From a bacterium (GTDB taxonomy: Bacteria > Patescibacteriota > Patescibacteriia > JAACEG01): a DNA stretch of 64,000 bases. A program made the position numbers and the translations under genes. Under the pieces are notes generated by a model. It was not told the origin of the DNA and made no database searches. It worked only from the letters and a program-made list of their open reading frames with translations. How positions within the stretch are numbered: the stretch's first letter is position 1; each line of letters opens with the position of its first letter. The stretch spans positions 2,632 to 66,631 of the forward strand of contig DAOWHA010000050.1 of the NCBI GenBank assembly GCA_030641665.1, written 5' to 3'. Shown here one piece after another: positions 10,488 through 19,756 of the stretch.

Positions 10488-11234
10488 ATGTATCGCGGCA
10501 GCCAAGGCATAATTTTAAAAAAACAGGATTTTCGCGAAAGCGATTCTTTTTTTTCTATTTACACTTATGATTTTGGAAAAATAGAAGCTATCGCGCGCGG
10601 AGTAAAAAAAAGCAAAAGCAAATTATCAGGTCATTTGGATTATTTTTCAATTATTGATTTGATGGCTGTGCGCGGAAAAATTTTTAATCACATAAGCGGC
10701 GCTGTTTCAATAAAAAATTTTTTAAATATTAAAAAAAATCTGCAAAAAATAAATCTAATTTTTTATTGCTTAGAAATTACGGACTATTTTATCAAAACGG
10801 GGGAAAAAAACAAAAAAATTTTTCTTTTATTAAGCCAATTTTTAATGATTGCTGATAAAAATCTCCGTATTGAACGACTGAAATTTATAGCTCATTGCTA
10901 TATATTAAAATTGCTGAATCTTCTCGGGTATAAGCCCGAACTGTATTTCTGTTTAAAATGCGGACAAAAAATCACTCCGAATGGCAATTTTTTTAGCGTT
11001 TTGGCTGGAGGAATTTTTTGCGCGAAATGTAAAAAAAATCGCGAAAATAATATTTTTGAAATATCAAACAACGCGATTAAATTATTGCGCGTAATACTGC
11101 AAAAAAATTTATCAAATTTAGTCAAAGTTAAATTAAGCAAAAATTTATTTACAGAAACGATAAAAATCATTGACGAATTCTTAAATTTCAGGTTAGATAA
11201 AGATATGAAAAGCAGAAAATTTATAAAATTTTAA
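10488..11234 (+). CDS. recO: DNA repair protein RecO
   Basis: GIILKKQDFRESD, ARGVKKSKSKL, CxxC...CxxC; start moved to ATG 10488. Confidence 0.9.
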   Translation: MYRGSQGIILKKQDFRESDSFFSIYTYDFGKIEAIARGVKKSKSKLSGHLDYFSIIDLMAVRGKIFNHISGAVSIKNFLNIKKNLQKINLIFYCLEITDYFIKTGEKNKKIFLLLSQFLMIADKNLRIERLKFIAHCYILKLLNLLGYKPELYFCLKCGQKITPNGNFFSVLAGGIFCAKCKKNRENNIFEISNNAIKLLRVILQKNLSNLVKVKLSKNLFTETIKIIDEFLNFRLDKDMKSRKFIKF

Positions 11235-11259
11235 ATAACCGCAAAAAGAGGTGATAAAA

Positions 11260-11370
11260 ATGCAGGTATTTTGCGAATTTATAAATTTTATTTCTTTTTG
11301 TTCGCCAATATTATTAGTATTAATAATATTGGCAGCCCTAATTTTTCCTGTTAAAAAAAACATTAATTAG
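11260..11370 (+). CDS. Small hydrophobic peptide (36 aa, MQVFCEFINFISFCSPILLVLIILAALIFPVKKNIN)
   Basis: GAGGTG SD upstream, single TM segment, hairpin AGAACCTATTC/GAATAGGTTCT downstream; below ORF-track cutoff. Confidence 0.5.
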   Translation: MQVFCEFINFISFCSPILLVLIILAALIFPVKKNIN

Positions 11371-11433
11371 GGCAAAAGAACCTATTCGCAAAGACAAATT
11401 GAATAGGTTCTATTTTTTTGTTAAGATAAATTT

Positions 11434-12573
11434 ATGTTGAAATATTTTATTAAAACCTACGGCTGCCAGATGAACGAAAGCGATTCGGAAAGAATATCTG
11501 CCACGCTGGAAAATATCAGATATAAAAAAACAGATAATTTTAAAAAGGCTGATTTGATAATTTTTAATATGTGTGCGGTTCGGCAGACAGCAGTTGACCG
11601 CGTTCATGGGCAGTTAAAAAACATAAAAAAATTAAAGGTTGAAAACAAAAGACTGAAAATTTTTTTGACAGGATGTATTTTAGATTGCGATAAAAAAAAA
11701 CTGTCTGAAAAAGTTGATCTTATTTTTGATATTAGAGATCTTGAATCACTTTATCTTTGCGATGAGTTGAGCAACCTCTCCGCTCACTCGCTACACTCAT
11801 TTAACTCCTCGCAAAGACAAGATAAAAAAAATGACTATAATTATCTGAAAATCAAGCCGAAATATGAATATAAAAAATCCGCGCTTATTCCAATTATGAC
11901 TGGCTGCGATAATTTCTGCTCTTATTGCGCGGTGCCTTATACGCGCGGAAAGGAATACTCGCGCCCCGCAGATGATATTTTAAATGAAGTTAAAAATTTA
12001 ATTAAAAATGGATGCGAAAAAATTACTCTATTAGGACAAAATGTGAATAGTTATCGGATGTCGGACGTCAGATGTCGGATGTCAAAAATTTCAAATTTTT
12101 CGAATTTATTAAAATTAATTAACAATATAAAAGGCGAATTTGAAATTAATTTTTTAACAAGCCATCCAAAAGATATGAGTGATAAATTAATTCAGGCAAT
12201 CGCTGAGTGTAAAAAAGTGTCAAAAAACTTGCATCTGCCTTTTCAATCTGGAAGCGACGCAATATTAAAAAAAATGAACAGAAAATATACTCGACAAGAT
12301 TATCTGAATTTAGTTAAAAAAATAAAGACTGCAATTCCTGAAATAAAATTTTCAACAGATGTTATTGTCGGCTTTCCCGGAGAAACAAAAAAACAGTTTG
12401 AAGAAACTGTTAGCGTAATAAAAAAAGTAAATTTTGAAACAATTTATGTAAATAAATATTCTGCGCGAAAAGGAACGCTTGCCGAAAAACTTTACAAAGA
12501 TAATGTTAGTTTAAAAGAAAAAAAATCGCGATGGAGAATAATTAATAATTTTAATAAAAAGTTAAAGAGATAA
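11434..12573 (+). CDS. miaB: tRNA methylthiotransferase MiaB (no C-terminal TRAM domain; two in-frame repeat insertions)
   Basis: TYGCQMNESDSE, GCDNFCSYCAVP radical-SAM motif, LLGQNVNSY, IVGFPGET. Confidence 0.9.
   Translation: MLKYFIKTYGCQMNESDSERISATLENIRYKKTDNFKKADLIIFNMCAVRQTAVDRVHGQLKNIKKLKVENKRLKIFLTGCILDCDKKKLSEKVDLIFDIRDLESLYLCDELSNLSAHSLHSFNSSQRQDKKNDYNYLKIKPKYEYKKSALIPIMTGCDNFCSYCAVPYTRGKEYSRPADDILNEVKNLIKNGCEKITLLGQNVNSYRMSDVRCRMSKISNFSNLLKLINNIKGEFEINFLTSHPKDMSDKLIQAIAECKKVSKNLHLPFQSGSDAILKKMNRKYTRQDYLNLVKKIKTAIPEIKFSTDVIVGFPGETKKQFEETVSVIKKVNFETIYVNKYSARKGTLAEKLYKDNVSLKEKKSRWRIINNFNKKLKR
11752..11819. repeat. Shortened TGTCTTTGCGAG-family element inside the miaB reading frame
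   Basis: TATCTTTGCGATGAGTTGA...TTAACTCCTCGCAAAGACA; translated as YLCDELSNLSAHSLHSFNSSQRQ. Confidence 0.85.
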
Positions 12574-12669
12574 GGGGGGCTATTGCAGTAAAAAATTATT
12601 TTTTACCAACAATTTCTATAGACAATAGCCCGCCTTTTTATAAAATATAATTTACCATATAAAAAAAAT

Positions 12670-13638
12670 ATGTCAAATGTAAATAAAAATATCAAAAATA
12701 AAAAAAGAATTATCGCGATCTTAGGACCCACCGCTGTCGGAAAAACAAAATTGTCCGTAAAATTAGCCTGCCAATTTAATGGTGAAATTGTTAGCGCTGA
12801 CTCGCGGCAAATTTATAAAGGAATGGATGTCGGAACAGGAAAAGACTTGCAAGACTATCAAATAAATCTAAAGTCGAAAAAATTAAAAACTGTAAAAATT
12901 CCTTATCATTTGATTGATGTTGTGAGTCCGAATACTGAATTTAATTTGGCAAAATACCAAAAATTGGCGTACAAAGCGATTGATAATATTCTGTTAAAAG
13001 AAAAAACTCCGTTTTTGGTCGGCGGCAGCGGACTTTATCTGCAAGCGGTTGTTGACGGTTATAATTTATCAGAAACAAAACCTGATAAAAAATTAAGGCG
13101 CGGATTGGAAAAATTGAGCGCGAGCCAACTTTTTGCGCGCTTGCGAAAAATAGACCCTAAATTTGCGAATGAATTGAATAATAGCGATAAAAAAAACAGC
13201 CGGCGACTGATTAGGCGCATCGAACTACTAAAGCAAAATAAAGGCAAGCAATTTCAAAAAAACAAGGTATCTAAGCCAAAATACGATTTTTTAATTATCG
13301 GCCTATCGTTGCCAAAAAATGAACTGAACAAAAAAATTGATCAGCGGATGAAAAAATGGCTTGAACTGGAAAACCTGCTTGGAGAAATTGAAAATTTGCG
13401 CGATCAAGGCGTTAGTTGGAAAAAATTAAATGAATTCGGATTAGAATATAGATTAGTAAGCCATTATTTACGCGAAAAAATCGATTTTCAAGAGATGAAA
13501 AAAACTTTATCGCGCGATCTTAAAAAATTCGCCAAACGGCAAATGACTTGGTTTAAAAGATGGGAAAAGCAAGGAGCGAAAATACATTGGATAAAAAACG
13601 AAAATGAAACGAAAAAATTGATTAAAAAATTTCTGTAA
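12670..13638 (+). CDS. miaA: tRNA dimethylallyltransferase MiaA
   Basis: GPTAVGKT, SADSRQIYKGMDVGTGK, VGGSGLY, AKRQMTWF. Confidence 0.96.
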   Translation: MSNVNKNIKNKKRIIAILGPTAVGKTKLSVKLACQFNGEIVSADSRQIYKGMDVGTGKDLQDYQINLKSKKLKTVKIPYHLIDVVSPNTEFNLAKYQKLAYKAIDNILLKEKTPFLVGGSGLYLQAVVDGYNLSETKPDKKLRRGLEKLSASQLFARLRKIDPKFANELNNSDKKNSRRLIRRIELLKQNKGKQFQKNKVSKPKYDFLIIGLSLPKNELNKKIDQRMKKWLELENLLGEIENLRDQGVSWKKLNEFGLEYRLVSHYLREKIDFQEMKKTLSRDLKKFAKRQMTWFKRWEKQGAKIHWIKNENETKKLIKKFL

Positions 13639-13651
13639 AAAAATTAAGTCT

Positions 13652-14752
13652 TTAAAAAAGCAGGACATATTTCATATCGCCTAAATTTTTCACCCGTCCT
13701 CCTATTTCAAGCATAGAAAGCGTTGAACTGACGGCTGATAAATCCATTCCTGAACGTTTTGCCAACTGATCAATATGAATCGGATCGCTGCTTAAAAATT
13801 TTAGCAGCGTTTTTTCATCTTGCGACAGCGGCAAAACCTGCTGAACTCTCTCCTTGCGGCTTCTGCTATTTTCCAAATTCAACTCTGTTAAAATATCGCT
13901 GCAATCGGTTATCAGTTTAGCGTTGCCTTTTTTAATTAAATCATTAGTTCCTTCGGAATTTTTGCTGTAAATATTTCCGGGCAAGGCAAAAACTTTTCGC
14001 TTTTGATCTCTTGCATATTCCGCTGTGATTAGCGCGCCAGACTTTAGCGGCGCTTCAATAATCAAAACACCGATGCTTAACCCTGAAATTATTCTATTCC
14101 GTCCTGGAAAATTATAATGAAACGGTTCGGTTCCGGGCGGATATTCTGAAATTACCGCTCCGCCAGATGATATTATTTTTTCCGCAAGCGCTCGGTTCGG
14201 CTGCGGATAAAAATTTTGTTGGTCAAGCCCCGACCCTAAAACTGCGGCTGTAATGCCGCCTAATTCTACCGCCGCGTTATGCGATATAGCGTCAATTCCG
14301 AGCGCCAATCCGCTTGCGATTCCCAATCCGCTTTTAACTAAATCAGAGCTAATTTGATAGGCTGCTTGCCGCCCGTAAGGGCTTGTTTTGCGCGTGCCGA
14401 CAACCGCGAGCAGCGGATTATCAACAGACCGCAAATCCCCCTTATAATAAAGCAAACAAGGCGGGTTTTTTATTTTTTTAAGCAGGCGCGGATAATCATC
14501 GTCTATAATCGCGGATATTTTGATTTTTTCAGCGGCTAATTTTTCTAATTCTTGATCAATATCTGTTTTCTCTTTATAGGCGATAAACTCCTGAGCGATC
14601 ATCTCTTCAAGATCTGCATTTAATAGTTCTGCTAAATCCGCATTCCAGATAAATTCTGCTTCCTTAAAATAAGCGATCAATTTTTTAAATCTTGCCGAGG
14701 TTATTTTTTTAAAGGCCAAAATAGCCGCCCAATACTTGGTATCTCTTGACAT
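13652..14752 (-). CDS. dprA: DNA-processing protein DprA
   Basis: AVVGTRK, SGLALGIDAISH, FPGRNRIISGLS, SGALITA, C-terminal winged helix. Confidence 0.95.
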   Translation of the reverse strand: MSRDTKYWAAILAFKKITSARFKKLIAYFKEAEFIWNADLAELLNADLEEMIAQEFIAYKEKTDIDQELEKLAAEKIKISAIIDDDYPRLLKKIKNPPCLLYYKGDLRSVDNPLLAVVGTRKTSPYGRQAAYQISSDLVKSGLGIASGLALGIDAISHNAAVELGGITAAVLGSGLDQQNFYPQPNRALAEKIISSGGAVISEYPPGTEPFHYNFPGRNRIISGLSIGVLIIEAPLKSGALITAEYARDQKRKVFALPGNIYSKNSEGTNDLIKKGNAKLITDCSDILTELNLENSRSRKERVQQVLPLSQDEKTLLKFLSSDPIHIDQLAKRSGMDLSAVSSTLSMLEIGGRVKNLGDMKYVLLF

Positions 14753-14795
14753 TTTTTAATAGTGTGTTATAGTATAATATCGTATTTAAAAATAG

Positions 14796-14936
14796 TTGGT
14801 TTATATTTTTCTATTTGCCAGCGGCGTATCTTAAAGCCTCTTCCCTCCTTGGCTGATAGATTGCCTGAAAAGCTCTAGGGTTGCGGGATGTTTTCTGTTA
14901 ATTCTAGGCGCTGGCGAATAGTAAAATATAAATCAA
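14796..14936 (+). ncRNA. Candidate structured ncRNA (rod-like, possibly 6S-like)
   Basis: About 28-bp closing stem with two G-U wobbles that pair only on the + strand; TTGACA-N16-TATAGT promoter at 14746-14773. Confidence 0.4.
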
Positions 14937-15053
14937 TTTTCAAACAGTTTTATATTATCATATTTAATTTAAAAATAAAAATAAATTTAAAAAAACGCCA
15001 TTTGCAATATCGCAAACAAGCGTTTTAAAATCACTTTTTAAAAGGAGGCTAAA

Positions 15054-15335
15054 ATGATAACGGAAACTGAAACAAAGTACACAATACAAGAAATAAAAAT
15101 TTCTGGAGACAGGCTAATTGCTGTAGTTCAGCAAACAAAAGAAAAAATTGCTAAAATAATTTTTACCGAATGCAGCAAGGTTCAAATATTATACAAAAAA
15201 GTAAAAAGGCCTATCATGACAATAGTAGAAGAGAAAGAAAAGTTTTGGTCGTCAGAAACATGCAAAGACATTGTCAATAAATCCGTAAAAAAAATAAAAC
15301 TTGAGTTACCAATAGGATATAAAATCCTATTGTGA
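15054..15335 (+). CDS. Hypothetical protein
   Basis: 93-aa ORF, AAGGAGG SD, terminator GCCGCCAG/CTGGCGGT plus T-rich tail. Confidence 0.6.
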   Translation: MITETETKYTIQEIKISGDRLIAVVQQTKEKIAKIIFTECSKVQILYKKVKRPIMTIVEEKEKFWSSETCKDIVNKSVKKIKLELPIGYKILL

Positions 15336-15427
15336 AAAAGAAAAATTAACAAATAAGCCGCCAGGTTGACATAACTGGCGGTTTTCCTTTTTAATTTTAA
15401 TTCTTGATTCTTATAAATTACAAATAT

Positions 15428-15622
15428 TGTCTCACTCTGAATTCCGTCCAGAGGATGGTCAGCCTCTGGCTGATATTTCAGGGTCTGTGCTTGTGGTTCG
15501 CTATATTATTTGGTAGGGGCTGGTCGCGACCCGCGCCTACCAAACATAAAATCAAAATTTGTTTATCTAATTATAATTTAGCGATAAGTAATGACAGATT
15601 CTGAAACAAGTTCAGAATGACA
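15428..15622. repeat. Second TGTC-tagged palindromic element with nested mini-hairpins and a GTAG-type REP
   Basis: CTGAA..TTCAGGGTCT and AGATTCTGAAACAAGTTCAGAATGACA arms; nested CCGTCCAGAGGATGGTCAGCCTCTGGCTGA and GTAGGGGC..GCCTAC (15509-15544). Confidence 0.75.
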
Positions 15623-15656
15623 TGATTTGTTCATTTCGTGATTTAAAATAATTTAA

Positions 15657-15977
15657 TTAACTACCAAAACTGTCTGCGATTTCTTGCGCTGCTTTTTGGG
15701 CTAAGCCTGTTTTTTCGCGAAATTCTAATCCTCTTTCCTTTAACGCTCCAGCCATATTTCCGCCTATGACGCCAGCGGCGAAAATATTAACTCCTTTGTC
15801 AGCAAGCATTTTTGCGACAGCAAACCCAGCGCCTCCTCCGCCCACCGCGAAAGGATTGGAAATTGTTTCAAGCAATTCTCCTTTTTCATTAAAAATCAAA
15901 TAGTAGGGAGCCCTGCCGGCGCGTCCGCTAATCTCCGCGTCTTCTTTTTTTTCAATTGTAGCAATTGCAATTTTCAT
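15657..15977 (-). CDS. NifB/NifX-family Fe-Mo cluster-binding domain protein
   Basis: MKIAIA, GRAPYYLIF, NPFAVGGGGAG. Confidence 0.8.
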   Translation of the reverse strand: MKIAIATIEKKEDAEISGRAGRAPYYLIFNEKGELLETISNPFAVGGGGAGFAVAKMLADKGVNIFAAGVIGGNMAGALKERGLEFREKTGLAQKAAQEIADSFGS

Positions 15978-15989
15978 AATTTTTTTTAA

Positions 15990-16499
15990 TTACTTTAATT
16001 TAAGGAGTTTCTCGACAAAAACTCCGTTGATTATGGAAAACAAAATCATATAAAAAGTAAGCATGACCGTAAAGGGCAGTCCGAAATAATATATCATCAT
16101 CGGCAGCATAGGAATTTTAACAGCCCGATTATAAAGAAATACCGCGATAAAACTGTCTTTCATTCCTTTCTCTTTTAAGTCGGCAAGGAGCGGATACCAC
16201 ATATAAATCGGTCCTGACGATAAGATGCCGCCGACAACCGCTATAAGCCACCCCTTAATTCCAGCGCTTTCTCCGACAAATCTGCTTATCTTTTTGGAAT
16301 CAAGAAAAAAATTTGAAAGGAACATAAATGCTATCACTAGCAAAAAAACTGGAATAATATTTTTAAAAATAAAGACTGATTCTAATAACGCTCTTCGCGC
16401 TAAGGCAAAGTCAGCTGCCAGCGCGATTAAATAGATTATAGCGACGATTATTAAAAAAATCCATTTCCCGCTAATTTTTTCTAATATTCTGTTTATCAT
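15990..16499 (-). CDS. Predicted permease (DUF318-like), subunit 2
   Basis: Multi-TM; GILSSGPIYMWYPLLADLKEKG. Confidence 0.75.
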   Translation of the reverse strand: MINRILEKISGKWIFLIIVAIIYLIALAADFALARRALLESVFIFKNIIPVFLLVIAFMFLSNFFLDSKKISRFVGESAGIKGWLIAVVGGILSSGPIYMWYPLLADLKEKGMKDSFIAVFLYNRAVKIPMLPMMIYYFGLPFTVMLTFYMILFSIINGVFVEKLLKLK

Positions 16500-16903
16500 A
16501 TATCTATAGAAGCGGCGATTAAAACCGCGATTATAATCGCCATAAAAAAACTTACAACATTCCTAATAATCGCAAATCTTTTGCCAAGCATCAAAGATTC
16601 CGCCGGCAACTGTATCACGCCAACCGTAACCCATGCCAATATAAAAGCCGTTACCGCGAGTAAACTCACGCCTTGTTTTAAAAATTCATCTCCTAAAATA
16701 TAACTTGTGATCGGATTTCCTCCTGATACGCTTCCGATCAGCGCTCCAAGCAATGGGTCTGTAAATCTGTTTCCGCTAAAAACGGTTGAGTAAAATGTTT
16801 GAGGAATAGCAACGATAACAAATCCTAAAAGAAATATGACGCCAAAAATAATCGGAAAAAATTGCTTAAAGCTATTTAATGTTTTTAGAAAAGCGTCTTT
16901 CAT
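16496..16903 (-). CDS. Predicted permease (DUF318-like), subunit 1
   Basis: Multi-TM; GNPITSY, AWVTVG, PAE; 4-nt overlap with next gene. Confidence 0.75.
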   Translation of the reverse strand: MKDAFLKTLNSFKQFFPIIFGVIFLLGFVIVAIPQTFYSTVFSGNRFTDPLLGALIGSVSGGNPITSYILGDEFLKQGVSLLAVTAFILAWVTVGVIQLPAESLMLGKRFAIIRNVVSFFMAIIIAVLIAASIDI

Positions 16904-17040
16904 AAAAAATTCAGAACCTTTAATTATTTTATTTATATTATCACATTTAAAGAAAAAATAAAATTAAAATGCTGATATTTTAAAATATCAGCATTTTTTA
17001 TCCTTAATTCTTAATTTTACTCTTGCGGGCGACCTTATTC

Positions 17041-18444
17041 CTAATCCTCCTCTTTATATCTCTTTAATAAACAAGACAATACTGGCGGGGCGATGAGCGT
17101 TGTTAAAATTACCATAGCGATAATAACCGAAAATACTTCGTCGGAAATAACGCCTAAGGATTTGCCGATATTTCCAAAAATCAAGCCGACCTCGCCTCTC
17201 GGCACCATCGCAAAACCGACTATCCATTTATTATATTTTTTAGGCAAAAACATTCCCGAGACAACCTTTCCGATAACAGCTATAACCGTTACTAATAAAG
17301 CGATTAACAAAATTTTCGGATCAAAAAAAGTTTCCAGCTTTACCTGTAATCCTGTATAAACAAAAAACAGCGGGACGAACACGAAAGCGATATTTTCTAT
17401 CAAATCTTCCACATGCTTGCGAGAATGCTTTTCTATGATCTCGTTTAGCGCTTTATTAACGCCATTGCCGTCTCTGCTTGCCATCCAATCTTTTATATCC
17501 CTCACTAATCTGTAATTTTTAAACCCTTTAAAATGAACATTGTCCAAAAGCAATCCGGCGACAAACGCCCCTATGATCGGAGCTAATCCCGCTAAACTCG
17601 CGATATAAGAAAAAAACAGCCCGATTGACAAAACTAAAGACAGCTTCATTCCTATTCCAGTATGAATTTTTAAAAGTATCTTGCCTAAATTCTTTGCGAT
17701 GCAGCCGCCGATTATTATGCCGCCGAAAAGAAATATAAAGGCCTTTGCGGTGATTATCGCGATAATGGCAGGGCTGACAAATCCCGCAGTCGCTATCGCA
17801 GTAATAACTGCTAAAATCAAAAGGCCTAAAACATCATCAATAATAGCCGCTCCTAAAACAACTTTCGCCTCTTTAATATGCAGTTTATTAAAATCTTTAA
17901 ATACTCTGCCCGTAATGCCGACCGAAGTCGCCGTTAGCGACGCGCCGATAAAAAGATAAGTTATCTGGGATAAACCGGGAAAAACATAAGGACCGATCAA
18001 ATAAGTTCCCAGGGCGAACGGCGCGCCAACGCCTATTATCGCCACTATAAAAGATTTTATGCCGACTCTTCTTATTTCGTTAAGATTGCTTTCCAGCCCG
18101 ATTTGAAAAAGCAGAATCACAACTCCGAATTCAGCTAAAAAAGCCATAATCAGATTGTGTTCTAATTCCCTAAAAAAAGAAAATCCGAAAAGAGCCAAAT
18201 TTCCCAAAACAACGCCGACTAATATTTCTCCTAAAACGGCTGGCTGCCCGAATCGCGTTATTAAGCTGCCTGCTTTGCTTAAAATAAGAAGTATCGCCAT
18301 AACTCCAAAAATTAAAGCGATATCCCCGTGTCCCCCTCCTGTTTTTTCGCTATGTTCAGCAGCGAAAGATACCGCAGGGGCAAATAATGCCGCCAGCGAT
18401 AAAATGCCGCAAATAATCTTGCGGATAATTTTTTTTACGATCAT
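17041..18444 (-). CDS. Cation:proton antiporter (CPA2/NapA-like)
   Basis: LLFQIGLE, ATSVGIT, AAIIDDVLGL, MVPRGEVGLI. Confidence 0.92.
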   Translation of the reverse strand: MIVKKIIRKIICGILSLAALFAPAVSFAAEHSEKTGGGHGDIALIFGVMAILLILSKAGSLITRFGQPAVLGEILVGVVLGNLALFGFSFFRELEHNLIMAFLAEFGVVILLFQIGLESNLNEIRRVGIKSFIVAIIGVGAPFALGTYLIGPYVFPGLSQITYLFIGASLTATSVGITGRVFKDFNKLHIKEAKVVLGAAIIDDVLGLLILAVITAIATAGFVSPAIIAIITAKAFIFLFGGIIIGGCIAKNLGKILLKIHTGIGMKLSLVLSIGLFFSYIASLAGLAPIIGAFVAGLLLDNVHFKGFKNYRLVRDIKDWMASRDGNGVNKALNEIIEKHSRKHVEDLIENIAFVFVPLFFVYTGLQVKLETFFDPKILLIALLVTVIAVIGKVVSGMFLPKKYNKWIVGFAMVPRGEVGLIFGNIGKSLGVISDEVFSVIIAMVILTTLIAPPVLSCLLKRYKEED

Positions 18445-18459
18445 AATAATTAAAATGTT

Positions 18460-18495
18460 AAAAAAATAAAAACTCCCCTTTATTAAAAAGGGAGC
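18460..18495 (-). terminator. Intrinsic terminator just upstream of the antiporter start codon
   Basis: GCTCCCTTT-TTAAT-AAAGGGGAGT followed by a T-run on the minus strand. Confidence 0.65.
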
Positions 18496-18608
18496 AATAA
18501 TGTCTTATCTGCAAAAGCGAACTGCGTCTCTGCTGTAGATAAAATACTATCTTAAAACTAATAGTAATATAGCACGCTATAAAAAATTTTCAAGAGTAAA
18601 CTTCCCGC

Positions 18609-18798
18609 TGTCTTTACGAGGAATGTAGTGGAGCGATAGCTGAACGAAATGACGAAGCAATCTCATTGCTTAAGCAGAAAGAACTGTAATTACAAATTTG
18701 TTAGCTTAGTAATGAGATTGCTTCGTCGCTCTCTCTTCCCCGCCTAAATTTTTGTTTCACAAAAACTTAGGCGGGTCGTTCGGCTCCTCGCAAAGACA
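18609..18798. repeat. Palindromic element copy B with nested CCCGCCTAA..TTAGGCGGG hairpin
   Basis: Outer and inner IRs present; extra hairpin at 18739-18775 in the right arm. Confidence 0.92.
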
Positions 18799-18836
18799 GT
18801 GGATTTATGCATTTTCCATTTTTATTTCCTTGATTC

Positions 18837-19289
18837 TTAATTTTTAATTTCTGATTCTGTATTAATTTTTTTCCATCTCTTAACAGCTTTTGTTCTAGCT
18901 AATTCTTTGGCGATATTAGCGCTGATATTTACAAACCTTTCTCTGTCAAAATGCCTGCTGTCTTTTTTAATCTCTTCCGCGCGCTTTCTGGCTTCTTCCA
19001 CTCTGTCCATATCAATCTCCTCTGCCCGTTCCGCGGTATCAGCTAAAATAACAATTTTCTCCTTTAAAACCTCGATAAATCCGCCAGACACTGATATTAT
19101 TTCTCGCTCGCCATTTTCTTTGATAATCTCAATAACGCCCGGCATTAAACTGGCAACCAATGGAATATGCCCTGGCAAAACAGTGATCTCGCCTTGCTTA
19201 GTCGGCACGCTAACCTGAGCGATTTTTTCTTTCAAAACCGCGCCTTCAGGAGTAACTATTTCAAACTTTATAATTTTTTGTTCTGGCAT
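18837..19289 (-). CDS. atpC: ATP synthase F1 epsilon subunit
   Basis: FEIVTPE, GEITVLPGHIPL, VSGGFIEV, ILADTAERAEEID. Confidence 0.95.
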   Translation of the reverse strand: MPEQKIIKFEIVTPEGAVLKEKIAQVSVPTKQGEITVLPGHIPLVASLMPGVIEIIKENGEREIISVSGGFIEVLKEKIVILADTAERAEEIDMDRVEEARKRAEEIKKDSRHFDRERFVNISANIAKELARTKAVKRWKKINTESEIKN

Positions 19290-19424
19290 ATTTTAGTTTG
19301 CAACCCGAAAATATTGCGCAGGGGTTGATAAATTAATTATTATATGATAATTTCAATATTTGAATTTGTTTGTATCCTTGTTTTTTGTATCTTAATTTTT
19401 TAAAAAACATTATTCTTAGCGCGC

Positions 19425-19565
19425 TGTCTTTGCGAGGAGGCGATAGCCGACGAAGCAATCCTATTACTAAACGAAAAATCTCTACTTTGCATAGTTTATG
19501 CGGATATTAACGAGATTGCTTCGTCGCTCTCTCTCGCTATGCTCATTCGGCTCCTCGCAAAGACA
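19425..19565. repeat. Palindromic element copy C
   Basis: TGTCTTTGCGAG...CTCGCAAAGACA with inner CGAAGCAATC/GATTGCTTCG. Confidence 0.93.
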
Positions 19566-19611
19566 GCGAGGATTATTTATTCCTAATTCCTAATTCCTAA
19601 TTCATAATTCT

Positions 19612-19692
19612 TTATTCTTTATTCTTTCTACTTTTTACTTCCCCAATACTCCCTTTAATATAAAATTCCTCTTCTGCTTTATTATCATGCTT
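19612..19692 (-). pseudogene. Diverged duplicate of the atpD 3' end
   Basis: Translates KHDNKAEEEFYIKGSIGEVKSRKNKE* versus AtpD C-terminus [23 protein letters not shown]. Confidence 0.85.
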
Positions 19693-19711
19693 ATTTTTAA
19701 ACAATTTTTTC

Positions 19712-19739
19712 TTGACAAAAACATTTAATATGCTATTAT
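19712..19739 (+). promoter_or_regulatory. Sigma70-type promoter facing the NYN gene 3' end
   Basis: TTGACA-N16-TATTAT with extended -10 TG. Confidence 0.65.
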
Positions 19740-19756
19740 TGTAATAAGTCAAACCT

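Noticed and set aside
11386-11396. TCGCAAAGACA (element right end) in the hairpin loop before miaB
   Set aside because: Only 11 bp with no inner IR; it may be a remnant but cannot be supported as a copy.
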